A DNA stretch of 64,000 nucleotides, taken from positions 55,368,001-55,432,000 of the forward strand of contig NC_045697.1 of the NCBI RefSeq assembly GCF_009834535.1, written 5' to 3'. Positions 51,641 through 63,990 of the stretch are shown here, in pieces. Origin of the DNA: Camelus ferus. Taxonomy: Eukaryota. Made by a program: the position numbers and the translations under genes. Positions within the stretch are counted from its first letter, which is position 1, and every line of letters starts with the position of its first letter. Below the pieces are notes generated by a model. The model saw only the letters and a list, made by a program, of their open reading frames with translations, was not told the DNA's origin and searched no databases.

Positions 51641-52364
51641 AATACTTTACTCTCCTGCTTTTAGTCACATTGAAATGGAGATTTGGAGGTTTAGGAAGTT
51701 TTAATGTCTTGTGTAAGGTTACACAGCTAATGAGCAGGAAAGCCAGGATGAAAAACTAATTAATCTGACTCTAGGGTCCGTGTATTTATCCACTGTGCGA
51801 TAGTCTGAAAATAGAAACTGCCTGCTGTGAGAGACAGTATGAGCTAAACAATTAGGCAGACTACATCCCGGCTGCTGCAGTAGGGAGCGTGGTCATTACT
51901 GAGGATGGCCTCGGAGTAGAGGAAGAAGACCTGGTGTCTTACTGAGGCAGGGAAGCCAGGGCATCCTGGGGAAGAAGGGAGGTGATTTCCATGCTGGAAT
52001 ATGAGAGGGCAGGGTGAGCCTGTTCCTCGGAACACAAGATGGTACGGGGATTTCTCAACTGCCCTTGCTCTCAAGAAGCATAAGTCTCAGGGGCAGTTCA
52101 CCACTGTCACTCCATGGCACAACATTGGCTAAAGCTTTTCCAGCCGCTGTCATTTCAGTTGAACTAGGTAGGCTCTTGGTATGCTATTTGTTTAGAGTAC
52201 TTCATAAACAATAACCTCTGGGTTAACATTGAAATAGAAAGTTACTTTATATCCGGAAGGACACAGAAACAGAACATCTGTGAAAAAGAAATAGTTAAGC
52301 AAATATTTGCCATTTGAAAAATGACACAATTCCTTATTTCCTTGGAAGACTCAACCAAGTGTGT

Positions 52365-52515
52365 TACACCTTTTCTACTCAAAGTGTGGTCCCAGATAGC
52401 TGGGAGCTTGTTTTAAAGGCAGAGTCGTAGGCTTCATTCAGACCTGGTAAACTAGAATCTACTTTTTAGTAGGCTCCTCAGGTGATTTGGATGCTTAAAA
52501 GTTGAGAATCACGGC
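52365..52515. mobile_element. MER5A-like hAT-Charlie element
   Basis: CTACTCAAAGTGTGGTCC...CTGGGAGCTTGTT...CAGACCT...TAGAATCT...CAGGTGATT...AAAGTTGAGAATCAC. Confidence 0.8.
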
Positions 52516-52699
52516 TTTGAGGTTGTATGATTCTTTATTCCTGAAACACAGAAGGATTCCTATCACGGACGAAGCAGTGCTACTAAAGGCAAGAGAAATT
52601 GCCAAACACCTTGAATATTTGAAAGACATTTCAAAGTAGCAATAGATTTATGGAAATGATTAACATATCCAATACTGTTGGTGATGTGTAGTGTAATAA

Positions 52700-52783
52700 T
52701 TTAATTGGTTGCTTTTGTCTTTCTCTGTGGTACATAATGATGTGCATTACAGTAATAGTATATTCAATTCATTGAAATACAGT
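52700..52783. mobile_element. Tc2-type (MER104/Kanga-like) terminal fragment
   Basis: TTTAATTGG...GTGGTACATAATGATGTGCATTACA...TTCATTGAAATACAG followed by TA. Confidence 0.45.
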
Positions 52784-55409
52784 ATTGTCCTCAATTTGTT
52801 GATGAGGAAGCATACAGAGAAAGATATTAAATGGATGCATTCTTTCTATTCTACAAATTACATAAGTCGTAAGATAATGAAATAAGAGAGAAAAGAAATG
52901 TTAATCCCCACAGAATGCTTGGTAGTTTTACAAAAGAAGAGTTGAAGAGCTCTGTTTCTTCCTAGTAGAATAAGAGAGTTCCATGCCTAGATTTGTCCCT
53001 ATTTGGGAAATTGCCTTTTTTGTCAACAAAAGAGATACAATAGTCCTTTCTTATGGAGATATGTACCATTTGGACAGAGTATTCAGATGCAGAATACTGC
53101 AAAGTATATCAAGTTACAGGAGATAAGATCCAACTGAAATACCCTAATAGGACATGAATCAGGAGAAAATCATTTATTTGACTACTAGAGAGAAGCAAAT
53201 TTTCATAATATTCAAATAATAACTCTTCTGCAATTAAATGGACTTTAAATATGGGCCTATGCCAATACCAAATGGATCTGCAAACAATGAGCCTGTAGCA
53301 CACTTGGAATGATAGCACAGCTTGGAATGACAGACAACATGCATCAAGAAGTCTCTAGATAAGGTTTCCACCTGGTTCCATATCTCCTTAGAAAGTGGAG
53401 ATATCTCTTATGATGACTTTGTAAAGTCCTTAGTGAACCTGTTGAGAATAAATGAACCTATACTCTCACTAGAGCCTCACACAGTTTGCTATGCATAATT
53501 ATATAAAATGAACATCAAAAGATATACAGGAATCCTAACATAAGTTCTACTTGCTTGTTACTCAGACATGGGTTATAAATCTTAACCAGTAAGACTAAGG
53601 GGGACTTTCTGGGTTCATTTTCCTCTAGTTTCTGAGGTCTTTGGAAGTGGAGTCCTTTCCTATTTTGTGTTTCTGAACCTCAATTTTGTTAACACTGGAA
53701 ATTTGCCTAGGTACCTACTCCTTGCATCAGGGTTCTTATACTGGAGATTTTGGCCATTGTTTTTGTTTTGTTTTTCAAATTATCCAAAGATCAGCCTTTA
53801 AGTATTGGCTTATAAAATTAATTTCTATGAGAAGAATTGCTTTCCTCAAATTTACTCTACAAAATTCTGATGCCTCCTTTATTTATTTACCCTTGAAATG
53901 TTTTGATTTATTTAATATTGTAAATAGAGAATAAATTTTCCAACAATAATGCCATAAATTCAGATGGTCTCATATTTAAAATCCTTTACATACATTATAA
54001 CAAAAGCCCTTAAAGTGCTTATTTAATTATAATTAAACTGAACAAATTTAGTTCAAAATCACATTATGGACACATTTGCATTTGGAATCCACATACGTGA
54101 TTTGATAAATTTAGCTAGAGTCCATGGCTGTTATGCGTTGAGATGATAGCATTATGAGTTGATAAGGCAGTATCTCCCTTGTTCTTCACGAAAGAAATCC
54201 ACAATTTTGTTTTGTTATGTCTTTAGTGTATTTTGTTCAATTTATAATATTATGTTGAGGGGAAAGAGAGAAAATGTTCAAAATGTAAAAATAGATCTAC
54301 AAAGACTTCTTTCCTCTGATTTCCTGAGTATGAACGAGTAGCCAGGTCCAGGTTTACTTGCCAGAGTCCACTGACAACAAGAAGTAACTTTCCATGTGTA
54401 TATAATTCATATAGTTGATAAATAATGGCTCTGAAAATATTACTGTCAGGTACCAGGTTAAGCACCTGATAATTATTTCACATAGAGAGGTTGAATGAGC
54501 ACCCAAAAAATACCAAGTATGTTAGTCATCAACATGTTGCAAAGGCGTTCTCTTCTCTGTAATTTTTTTAAACAGTGAATCATTTAAAGATTAGAGGTGA
54601 GTTTTGTCCTGAAACTGTTTTCTGTTTTGAGAGGGATATAGTGGCTACAATGAGATTTTTAAAGCTTAAAGATGACTAATTCTTCTTAGATACCTAGACA
54701 TTTCTTAAAAACCACTTTGCTAAATAAAGTAGCAATTAATCAGAAATAAATTTTTTTCCAAAACTGCACTGATTTAAAATGAAGTTAAGGAAAAAATATT
54801 CTTATGATCTGTGTCACAATACTTTGAGGATTATCAAAGAACACAATATTTAAAGATAGTTTAAGAAATATTGGACAGAGACATGGACTAAGTATCAGAT
54901 TTGCAGCAGACACTACCTGCATGATATCACTTAGTGCACACAGCATTTTAACATTTTGTATCTAGAGAAACAGAAGCAAAACCAAAAAATAACTCACTTC
55001 CTTAACATCACCTAAATGGTAAATAATGGGATAGATTTTGAAATAATTGCTCCAGGTTTCTCACTTGATGATTTTACTACATACAGAAGATGGATAAATC
55101 TTACATAAGAAGAACTTTTAATTTACTATTGATCTTAATTAATGATTTATCATGTACCTGTAAGTAAGAGATTATTAGTTATCTAAACTGGTAAATCAAT
55201 AGCTATTCCCATGTAAGAAATAAATAAAACAAGTTAAGCCAGAAGAGGGAAAAGGGAACCTGGAAAGGGAGAAGGAGAGTATTTTCATGTTGGCTCCACA
55301 TTTTGGTCTCTGTGGTTCAGTGTAATGATAAAGTATCTCTTTTATTTCAGTTTTCTTTTATATTATGTTTCTTGATTCCTTTCAACCTTGCTTGCTACTC
55401 AGACAAGCT

Positions 55410-55570
55410 TTGAACCAAGTGACCTATGGATTAGAAATGCCAGTGTCACCCTGGAGCTTGCTTAGAGTACTTAAACCTCACCCCTGACTCACCTGAAGTA
55501 GGAACTATGTTTTACAAGATCCTGAGATAACTCAAAAGAGTCTTGATATTTGCGGAAAGCTAGTCCACAG
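55410..55570. mobile_element. MER5-like element, degenerate
   Basis: CAGTGTCACCCTGGAGCTTGCTTAGA...TGTTTTACAAGATCC. Confidence 0.5.
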
Positions 55571-57434
55571 CATGTTAATTCCCATGAATTTGTATGAATA
55601 TGCAAATCTGTGACCACAGCTGAGATAGTAGATCACTCCCAAAAGGTCCTTGAGGCAAGTATGGACAAGGGCAATAATGCAAATTGTTCCATAAGGATGG
55701 ATCAGTCCATATACTGTGTTTTTAGTGTCGTATTCAATTCATGCAGTCACTGAATAGTTTTTTAAAACAAAGCTTCCATCATTCTCCAGATGGACAGCTC
55801 CTCTGGGGCTTGTTTCCTGAAGGCCTTTTGGAATACACTGCCAGGGTCCCGCTTATGACCCTCCTATGCAGCCGCAGTCCTATCACTATTGACTCCATCT
55901 ACAGTGATGTGACTGAAATCAATCATTTACATCTCTCAAAACCAGAGCATGTAATTTACCCCTCCAGTCATTCTTATGCCCTCTGAACATGGTGGTTTTA
56001 AAACAATGCTCATCTTTTCAATTTAAATACTTTCTGTCTTTTCATATAAGGAATTCTGATTATCATGGATATTTTAGTTTAATGGAGATTATTTACATAA
56101 AATAAAATTATATGAAATAAAAAAAAACAAATATCTTAAACTGTAAGCATGGATAAAAAATGGATTTTATTTCACATTCCTGAAATAAATAAAAATTTCA
56201 GCCAGAAAAATTCTTACCATTTGATTTGACTCTGTTTACTCACTGGTAAGCATGATATTTATAGTGACTTTCATTTATAATGGAATTAGGCAAAGCTTTG
56301 AAATACAGCTCCTAAACATATCTCAGTCATTAGTATTATGATATGTTTTCCTTTAATCAAATGGCAAATAGAATAAATTCTTCCAACTTAGAAGAAGCAA
56401 AGTACAGTTATTTCCGAAGAAAGAGCCTCATAATAAAATAATTAAACATTTCTGGTTTAAAAAATGACCGTCTTATGATTTGGGACATGACAAAGAGCTG
56501 GGTTTCACAAATGAGTCAATCAAATTTAAAAAAAAAAGAAATAACAGAAAAGGGAAGTTGATTTGGAGAAAGCAAACACTGGAATGTTTAAGTATTACTG
56601 AAGTTGGTAGAACATATGAAGTTATTCAAGAAGTGTAACAACAAGAAATATTTGATTAAGGATAAATGAACAAATAAGCAAATGATATAATTGAAATATT
56701 ACACATATTTCAAAAATTTAACCTTTACTCTGACAAGTTGAAACATGAAGGTAGTGACTCATCCTGACTCTAATACCATAAAAATAAAATATTAATATAA
56801 TGCTAATTGTGTGTACAAAATGTTATCTAATTAGCATTTTAAATGAAATCAGAGTAAGTCTTCAATTTGCTGTTAAATTAAAATTACTTCAAATTTGCTT
56901 TTGAAAAAAAGCAAGAGGAAGGGAAGTTAACAAATGAGGTACTATATTTGATTATTTAAACATGCCTCAATTAATCTCATTAATTCTTTGCTGTGAGTAT
57001 TACTCAAACTTAATAGAAAAGGAAACAAGTTCAGAGAGGTAGATCCTTTGGAAAAGCCCAGTTCATGGAAGAGTTTCAAATTTCAAATGGAAATGTGATT
57101 CTGAAACATCTCCTTTGTCCTATAAGATATTCTAATTAATTAAGACATAAACAAATGCTATTTTTCACATGTCTGGATTTGGGAAAGTTTATCTGATAAA
57201 TAATATTAAGAAGTAATAAATAACATACCAGTCTAAGCTACAACTTACTGTCTGAATATGATCCTGGTTGCATGATTTGTTATTTTCTTTAAAAATTTGC
57301 TTTAAAAATTTCAAATCTGACCTTGACTGCATTTTCTTCTCCCTTTCCTGTCAGTCCATTTTGCAACTTATTTATTTTTTTAGGAAACACAACTAAGAAA
57401 AATCACCAAAGATATTTATTATAGTTATCATAAA

Positions 57435-57866
57435 ATTAATATCATTATTGCTGAAACAAAAACCAATTCTGACTAAGCTAATGGAAACATTTTAAATATC
57501 TCTAAAATGGACAGATAAACAAACTTATGTGTAATAGAGCTAAAAATAAACCCCCAAAGCTAGTCTAATCCAACAGAATGTCACCAATGCTTCTGGAAAT
57601 CTTTGAAGGAGCTACCATTCTCCTAGAATGGATTTCATGAGTTATTTTTTTTCTTTAGTTGGCTCACCTAAATTTCAGAGATCTTTGGTAGATGCAGCCA
57701 ATTAGCGGAGCCTGGTTCTTTCTAGCAACTAGAGGCTAGAAAATGTATCTGGCTTCTGATAGTATTTCTATATTCCACTAAGATTGCTAAATGAAGTAAT
57801 CTCTATATGTACAATAGGATTTCAGTGTGCTATGTAGGCAAACAATTGCCAATATTATCTTCTACA
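57435..57866 (-). mobile_element. Very old MaLR LTR (MLT1N/K-like)
   Basis: AACAAAAACCAATTCTGACTAAGCTAA start, GAGGCTAGAAAATGTATCTGGCTTC, and a TCTACA end. Confidence 0.5.
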
Positions 57867-58779
57867 TCATGAAATTATATGGAACATAAATTTGTTATCT
57901 TTTTTACTCAAGATTTACAAATTAAATTCAATGGGAAGACCTATAAAATTTAGGAAAAATGGTTTCAATCTTACATTTACTGAAGCATTCATATCTAAAA
58001 TGGATCTTTGAATTCTTAACTTGTAGCACTTATTAAAACATTATTCACATTCTCTAGGCTGGGCTTCAAAAGGGTTACAGTGACTACATTTTATCATTTT
58101 TATCAGAACACTTTGGAGAATAAAATGAAGTGCAATAGACAGTAGTCGGCAGTCCAGAACTGTTCTGGACAGCTGGTATATAAGATCACTGTAAGTGTCC
58201 AGGGACATTCTCTAGGGGTATGTCCTAGAAAGTCACAAGTGACTGATCAACTACAGAGCTACAAACTCTTTCACCATCAAGAGAGAAGGGAATTAGGAGG
58301 CAATATTGAACCATGTAGTTCAAGACCATAAACTGTGATCTGTAGTTGTGAACAAAAGTTTAGGTGTCTGTGATCAGGAAACCTTTCTGCTATTCCAAAT
58401 GTCTCTGAACGCACATACAAATTTGTTAAATGGATGCATTAACACGCAAGTTGGCCACCGTCTCTGCTGAAATTTCCTCCCAGCACTAACTGTTGCTGCT
58501 GAAAATTCCCGAACTCTACAACCTTACTTGGTAGAAGAAAAGACAAAACAAAACAAAAAAACAAAAACAACAAGAAAAAGACAAAAGTAGCAGGAAGAGA
58601 GCTTCTGTCTCTCTCAGGAATAGATTTACTCTAGATCCAATTTTGCATCTGGAACTGAGATCCAAGGGCATCTGGGAAATGCAGGTTTTAACTTTTCGGC
58701 TTCATCAATATCAGAGGGCTCCGTGAAGGAAGCTGATAAAAACTGGCCAACCCCATCTACCATACCACCCGCAGTGTTC

Positions 58780-60120
58780 CACTCACTGTCGTTCTCCTCA
58801 CTCTGTCCCATTCACACACAGACCTCCAGTTCTATTTAAATTCAACTCTTTGACATCACCCGTGCTACTGTACAAGGTTGGAGGAGCACTCACTCTGACT
58901 TTTCTAACTTAAAAATCATGACCATGAAACAAGTTGGAGTGTCATGCTGCGCCCATTCTACCATATTTTGCTGTTCCATGCACTCGTTCATTCTCCTAAA
59001 TAATGCAAACTGCATTTCCTGTTCTCATTCATCCCCTGCTCTCTGCTCCTCCCTCACTCTCAGTTAATGACCTTACTTTTTATTTCTTTGAATTATAAGA
59101 ATCAAAGAGAAGTTCCACAGCATATACTACCACCTGGCTCACCAACATTCCTACCTAACCACACACCCTGCCTCCATCCTGTTACTAAACATGAACTTTT
59201 CATGCTCTTAAGGCTGAACCCTTTCTTTTTATATTAATCCCATCATTTCTAACACACTTATGTATATCGTGCTAACAGTTACATTATCTCCTACATAATT
59301 ACTTTTTATTTTTCTATTGACTCTTTCCTATTAACATATAAACAGTTTATAATTACCCATTATAGAAAAATCCTCATGACATCACCTTTTTCTGTTACTT
59401 TTCACAGCAAAACTCTTGTAATGTTTTTCTATACTTGTTTCCTAATCAAGCTTTTGCCCTTATCACTTCATTGGAACTACTTTTGTAAATGTCTCTATTT
59501 TTTTTTTTTCTTTTTCTTTTTGGATGGGGAGGTAATTAGGTTTGTTTATTTATTTATTTATTTAAATGGAGGTACTGGAATCCTCTCTTCTCTATTTACA
59601 TTAGATCACATTAACTCCCTTAATAATTTATTCTATTTATAATATTTAAATAACCCTTGTAATTGATGAATTCCTTATTTATAACTCCACCTGTGAAACC
59701 CTGATTAATATGCCCAAGTACAAATTTGTTATCTCTTGTAAAACTCTAATAAACATTTCAAATTTAAGAGGTTGGATATAAAACTTGTTCGAAAATTTCC
59801 CTTCTGAAAGCTATTCTGGCAATTTTCTCCATCACAGAATATGGCAACCCTGTTATTCCTAGTTGCTTAAATAAAAAAATATTGAAGTAATCCTTAATTC
59901 TTTCTATGCTTTCTCACTTCCACATTCATTTTTTTTGGAAAATCCTCTTTGCTTTGCTTTCAAAATTATATACAGAATTATACCACTACTTGCTACCTCT
60001 ACAACTACCAACTCCAATTCAAAAACATCATCATCATCACCTACAAGTTCCCTACTGTTTTTACTCCTTCCACAATTTGTTTGCATCCTACAGTTTATTC
60101 TCAACACACAGGCTAATAAA
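58780..60120 (+). mobile_element. L2 LINE internal fragment
   Basis: CCTCACTCTCAGTTAATGACCTTACTT, ATGGCAACCCTGTTATTCCTAGTTGCTTAA, CCTCTTTGCTTTGCTTTCAAAATTATATACAGAAT, TTTATTCTCAACACACAG. Confidence 0.75.
59497..59580 (-). mobile_element. 5'-truncated vic-1-type SINE inside the L2
   Basis: Poly-T, GGGGAGGTAATTAGGTTTGTT(TATT)n, AATGGAGGTACTGG. Same 3' motif as the 11295 SINE, but without the tRNA head. Confidence 0.8.
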
Positions 60121-60439
60121 ATTATTTACATTTATACATGTATGTCTAGGTATTTCCAGATTATACACATCTCATGTCAATCCTTTCCTCAATTCTCTAG
60201 GTCTCTTTAGTGACAAGAATAGTATTTTGCGCATACTAGGTATTTACATTTCTGTTGTTGTTAAATGCAGATGTCACATGCATCTTCAAGTTGCCTCATG
60301 GTCTAAAATAACTGTTATTACTATAACCACCATATTCACTTCTGGGCTTGAAGAAGAAAAAATGACATAAAGACGTTTGCCCAATAACTTTGTAAAGGAA
60401 CATTTCCAAAATTTCACAGAAAAACATCCACTTTCATAT

Positions 60440-60870
60440 TATTGGTCATTCCCACTATCAATAAACAGCATAGATGTTTCCTCCCCTTGAATCTGGGCAG
60501 GCTTTTGATTACAGCAGAATTGACACTGTACAAGTTCCAAACCTCGTTCAGAAAAGGCACTACCATGATCTTCTGGTTCCTTTGGTACATTTGCTCTTGT
60601 AACCTAGTTATCATGCTGTGAGGAAGCCCAGGCTGCACTGAAAGGCCCTGTGTGGGTATTCTTGCAATAGCTCTTCTGGTTATCTCAGGTGAAAGCCAGC
60701 ATTAAGCATGTGCATGAAACTCTTCTAAATAATAACACCCTCCAACTATCAGGTCTTCCTAGCTAAGGCCCCTGATTGCATAGATCAGAGACAAGGCACC
60801 CTCACTGTACCTTGTTCAAATTAATGGCTCCCAAAATCTATGAACCTAATATAATGGTTGTTTTAGCTTC
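60440..60870 (+). mobile_element. MaLR LTR (MLT1G/H-like)
   Basis: CCTCCCCTTGAATCTGGGCAGGC, CATGCTGTGAGGAAGCCCAGG, CAGAGACAAGGCACCCTCACTGT, ATAATGGTTGTTTTAG. Confidence 0.75.
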
Positions 60871-60999
60871 GCTAATATTCTGCCACAATCTTCTATGTGA
60901 TTGTACTTTCTGAAACATGGATATAGTTTTACCTTTTTAATAATGGGTGTATGATTGGTTAAAGTATTAAGACCTTTCATAGTAGATCTGTAATTATTT

Positions 61000-61520
61000 T
61001 ACCTTGGGGCTGTACTTTTTGACCAGGCTTAGAGTTGTTTCTTCAAAATTACCTCTTGGCAGTCAGTATTCCAGTGCTTTGCTCTCCGATAGCCGTTAGT
61101 ATTGCAGTTCAGGAGTCTGATGCCACCTGATTCTCAATATTTTGCTGAAATGGTTTTTTTCCTCCTCTGGAAGACTTTAGAATCTTTTCTTTATATCCTC
61201 AGGGCTGCAAAATTGCATCATAGTCTGTCTCAGCAAGAGACTTTTTAATTCATTAAACTGAGCACTTAGCAGATACTGTTAATCTTGAAAACATATTTTT
61301 CCCAGTTCTGTGGACTAATGTTGAACTTCTTGGGTAATTTCTCTCCCACAATTTTATTTGTTTTCTCTTTGAGGAATTCCTATTATTAAAATGTTGGGCT
61401 GCTTAGATTAATCCTCTGGCTTTCTTTACTTTTCTTGCTTTTACATCAACTTTCTGAAATGTGTTCTCAATTTTAATTTCCAAATGTTCTTTTTCGTTTG
61501 TATTTTTTGCACTTTCCTCT
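61000..61520 (-). mobile_element. HAL1/L1M ORF1-region fragment
   Basis: GAGTCTGATGCCACCTGATTC...CTCTGGAAGACTTTAGAATCTTTTCTTTAT...CAGTTCTG...GGAATTCCTATTATTAAAATGTTGG. Confidence 0.65.
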
Positions 61521-62149
61521 TTTAAAAAAAAGAAAAATGTATGTACTGCGGCAGTGTTTTTATAAGTAAGGTTTAGCTAATTAAAGTAAAAGCATCTACT
61601 ACACAGTGTAAATGGGTTTTCTAGGGCAGATTTTTATTTTTCTGGAATTTCAAATAGCCTTTGATAGAGCCCTAATAAGATAGGAAGCTTGTGCTCTCTT
61701 TGTAATACCTAAAAATCCTTTTCATTCCTTAATTATAAAATCTTTTTTAAAATGTAGCCTCTGAATTATTTCAAGTTTATTGAAAGGAAAACATCACAGT
61801 TGCCAGTTTTTTGCATGTATGGGATGTGAAAACTGCAGAGCAAAGATGAAAACATTCTCTTTTTAGCTTTCCCTCCATTATTCACATGGATCTGTGTCAC
61901 TTCCCTTTTCAACCTTGTGATCTTGCAGATTCACATTAGAATTCTTTCCAAAACTGTCAGAAAAATGATGCTGGCTTTTACCACTACTTTCTCCTCCATG
62001 TATTCTTTGGTTTTTTGATTTTGTTTTTTCCTTTTCCGATTATCTACCAAAACAATGTCATACATTCCACAATTTTTCAAAGTGCATTATCTAGTGACAT
62101 CTTTATTTCTTCATGTCCTTGGCACTCTAAAAGGGCATCAAGAAGGTTC

Positions 62150-62803
62150 ACATAGGAAAGCCAAGGCAGCACCTGTGTTCTGTCCTCCCTCCTAGGCAAG
62201 GAACCTACTAGACAATAGGTTCTTGTCTCATGGCAGAAAGAATTCAGAGAGGAGACATGAAGGTCTAGAAGGCAACGTGAGGATTTGTTAAGCAACAGTA
62301 TACTCTCAAGGGGAGAGTAGACAGACTCAGGTGAGTAAGCTGCCCAGGTTTCTTTGGGAAACTGGTTACATGGGGTGTAGAAATGAAAGGGCAGAATATT
62401 CATTGAGGAGGGAGGAGTTTTAGGTCATATTTCCTGATTTTTATCCCAGCTCCACCTTCCTGAGGGGAGGAGGGATTTTTGTCCTCATTTAGTCTTAATT
62501 GGAAGTGTCATGGTGTTAGTGCATGATGGGTACTTCTTATCTGCAAGGTTAATTTCGTAATGAGGACATAATGAGCAAAAGGTTTCATTCAGATGGCAAA
62601 CATTCCCACCTTTTCCCATGTTTCTTTGTCTGCCTCTAGGACCCTTGTCACCACAAAATGTGTGGTTTCCTGTCAGTCTAGTGATTCTTGCTTTCCTTTG
62701 TCTGTCCAAGGACCCCCCACTCTTTACAAGATGTATGGTTTCCTGCCACATGGCACATACCCCTCTTTCTCTACTCATATCTAGCTGTCCACCCGTTCTA
62801 ACA
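62150..62803 (-). mobile_element. ERV solo LTR, relatively well preserved; left boundary uncertain
   Basis: GGTTCTTGTCTCATGGCAGAAAGAATTCAGAG, ATAATGAGCA, and an end CTCATATCTAGCTG...CTAACA similar to the 5607-6239 LTR. Confidence 0.75.
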
Positions 62804-62948
62804 GAGCTAAACCAGTTGTTATACTTGCTTGTTTATTCTGTCTCAATAGGGAGCAGATATTCATAATAACAGAAGACTGAAAACTTATCACAGAAGAAAT
62901 ATAGATGCTTCTCAAAGCAGCTGCTTTAAATGATTTGACAAGGGAGTG

Positions 62949-63042
62949 ACTTTTTTTTCTTTCTTTTCCTCCTTCTTTTCTTTTCTCTTTCCTTTTCTTT
63001 CCTTTTTCTTTCTTTTTCCTTCCCCTTTTTTTTCTCTTTTTT
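62949..63042. repeat. Polypyrimidine (CT-rich) low-complexity tract
   Basis: About 94 bp of C/T only. Confidence 0.9.
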
Positions 63043-63259
63043 GCTAAGGGCATAAAATATCTATTGAGATACAGCAGATTTTTTACATAGTTGAAAAATG
63101 ACTATGTTCTCCTAAAATTAACTGAAAGATGAACTATCCTTTGACTGGTAGAAGAGTTTTATATAAGCATTAAAAATTGGCAACCACACTGAAAGAGATT
63201 CCATTGATAAAATGTTTTAGGATTTTAGCATTCAAAGAGATTACTTCCACCCAAGGACA

Positions 63260-63990
63260 ATATAAAAAGGCATTCATGTGAAGGCAGCATTTGTGAGGGA
63301 GAAGCACGATTTGGCATGTAAAGGAGGGAAAGGAAATGGAGAGTTTTCTGGAAAACAAAAAAGGAGAACCATAAAGAAGTTGGAGAAGTTGGGAAGTAGA
63401 AAATATTCAAGGAGATTGTGGATAGTGAAGTTTAATTAGAGCAAAAGGCGTATGTAAGCAAATGGCAAAAAAAAATCATAGGCTGTGACCATAGCATAGA
63501 ATGTGTGCTTTATTCTGAACCCAATAAGCAATAGATTTGAGTATTGAATGTATGAAATAAAGTGACAAAATAAGATTTGTGCTTTAGGGAGATTATTTTA
63601 GGAACACTGAACAAATTAGAGAAGTTTTTACATAATGAAGAGAGAGTAGCTACTTTAAGAATGGATTGATGGTACAACTGAAACATATTCAGAAAATCAG
63701 GTTGACAGAACATATCAAGTCACTGAATGTAGCAAGTAAAGAGAGGAACCAATTAAAGTTTTGAGCCAGGATGACTAGGAATTTGAAGTATTTTACCAAT
63801 GGGTATGAGAAGAAAAGTAATATATTCTATTTTGATATGTTACTTTTATAAATTTGGAAGGATGTATATATATATATATATATATTATACACACATTTGT
63901 TGAGACATATAGCAAGCTATAGGTGAAATGTATGAATGGAATTTTTAAAATATGACTGGGCTATTGATACATATTATAAAATATCTATAA
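63260..63990 (-). mobile_element. L2 LINE fragment, degenerate, containing (TA)n
   Basis: AAGGCATTCATGTGAAGGCAGCATTTG, GTCACTGAATGTAG, AAAGTTTTGAGCCAGGATGACTAGG. Confidence 0.55.

Larger units (their letters stand above)
49225..51800 (-). mobile_element. MIR split into two halves (about 49225-49313 and 51640-51800) by later insertions
   Basis: Left half: AATAGCTAAC...AACCTCACCACAA. Right half: AAGGTTACACAGCTAATGAGCAGGAAAGCCAGGAT...TCTGACTCTAGGGTCCGTG. Confidence 0.55.

Noticed and set aside
58626..58811. 61-aa ORF with protein-like composition (MGQSEENDSEW...)
   Set aside because: It overlaps a MaLR-like motif (CATCTGGGAAATGCAGGTTTTAACTTTTC) and the start of an L2 fragment. No homologue recognised.
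59906..60370. 154-aa ORF with a poly-His run
   Set aside because: It lies largely within an L2 fragment, and the His run is a (CAT)n microsatellite.
62781..63053. Lys/Arg/Glu-rich ORF resembling a nuclear localisation signal
   Set aside because: It is the translation of the reverse complement of a CT-rich low-complexity tract.
103..63713. ORF track entries (60-154 aa) as protein-coding genes
   Set aside because: All are short and compositionally typical of AT-rich non-coding DNA. Many start at non-ATG codons or lie inside repeats. None resembles a cellular protein I recognise.
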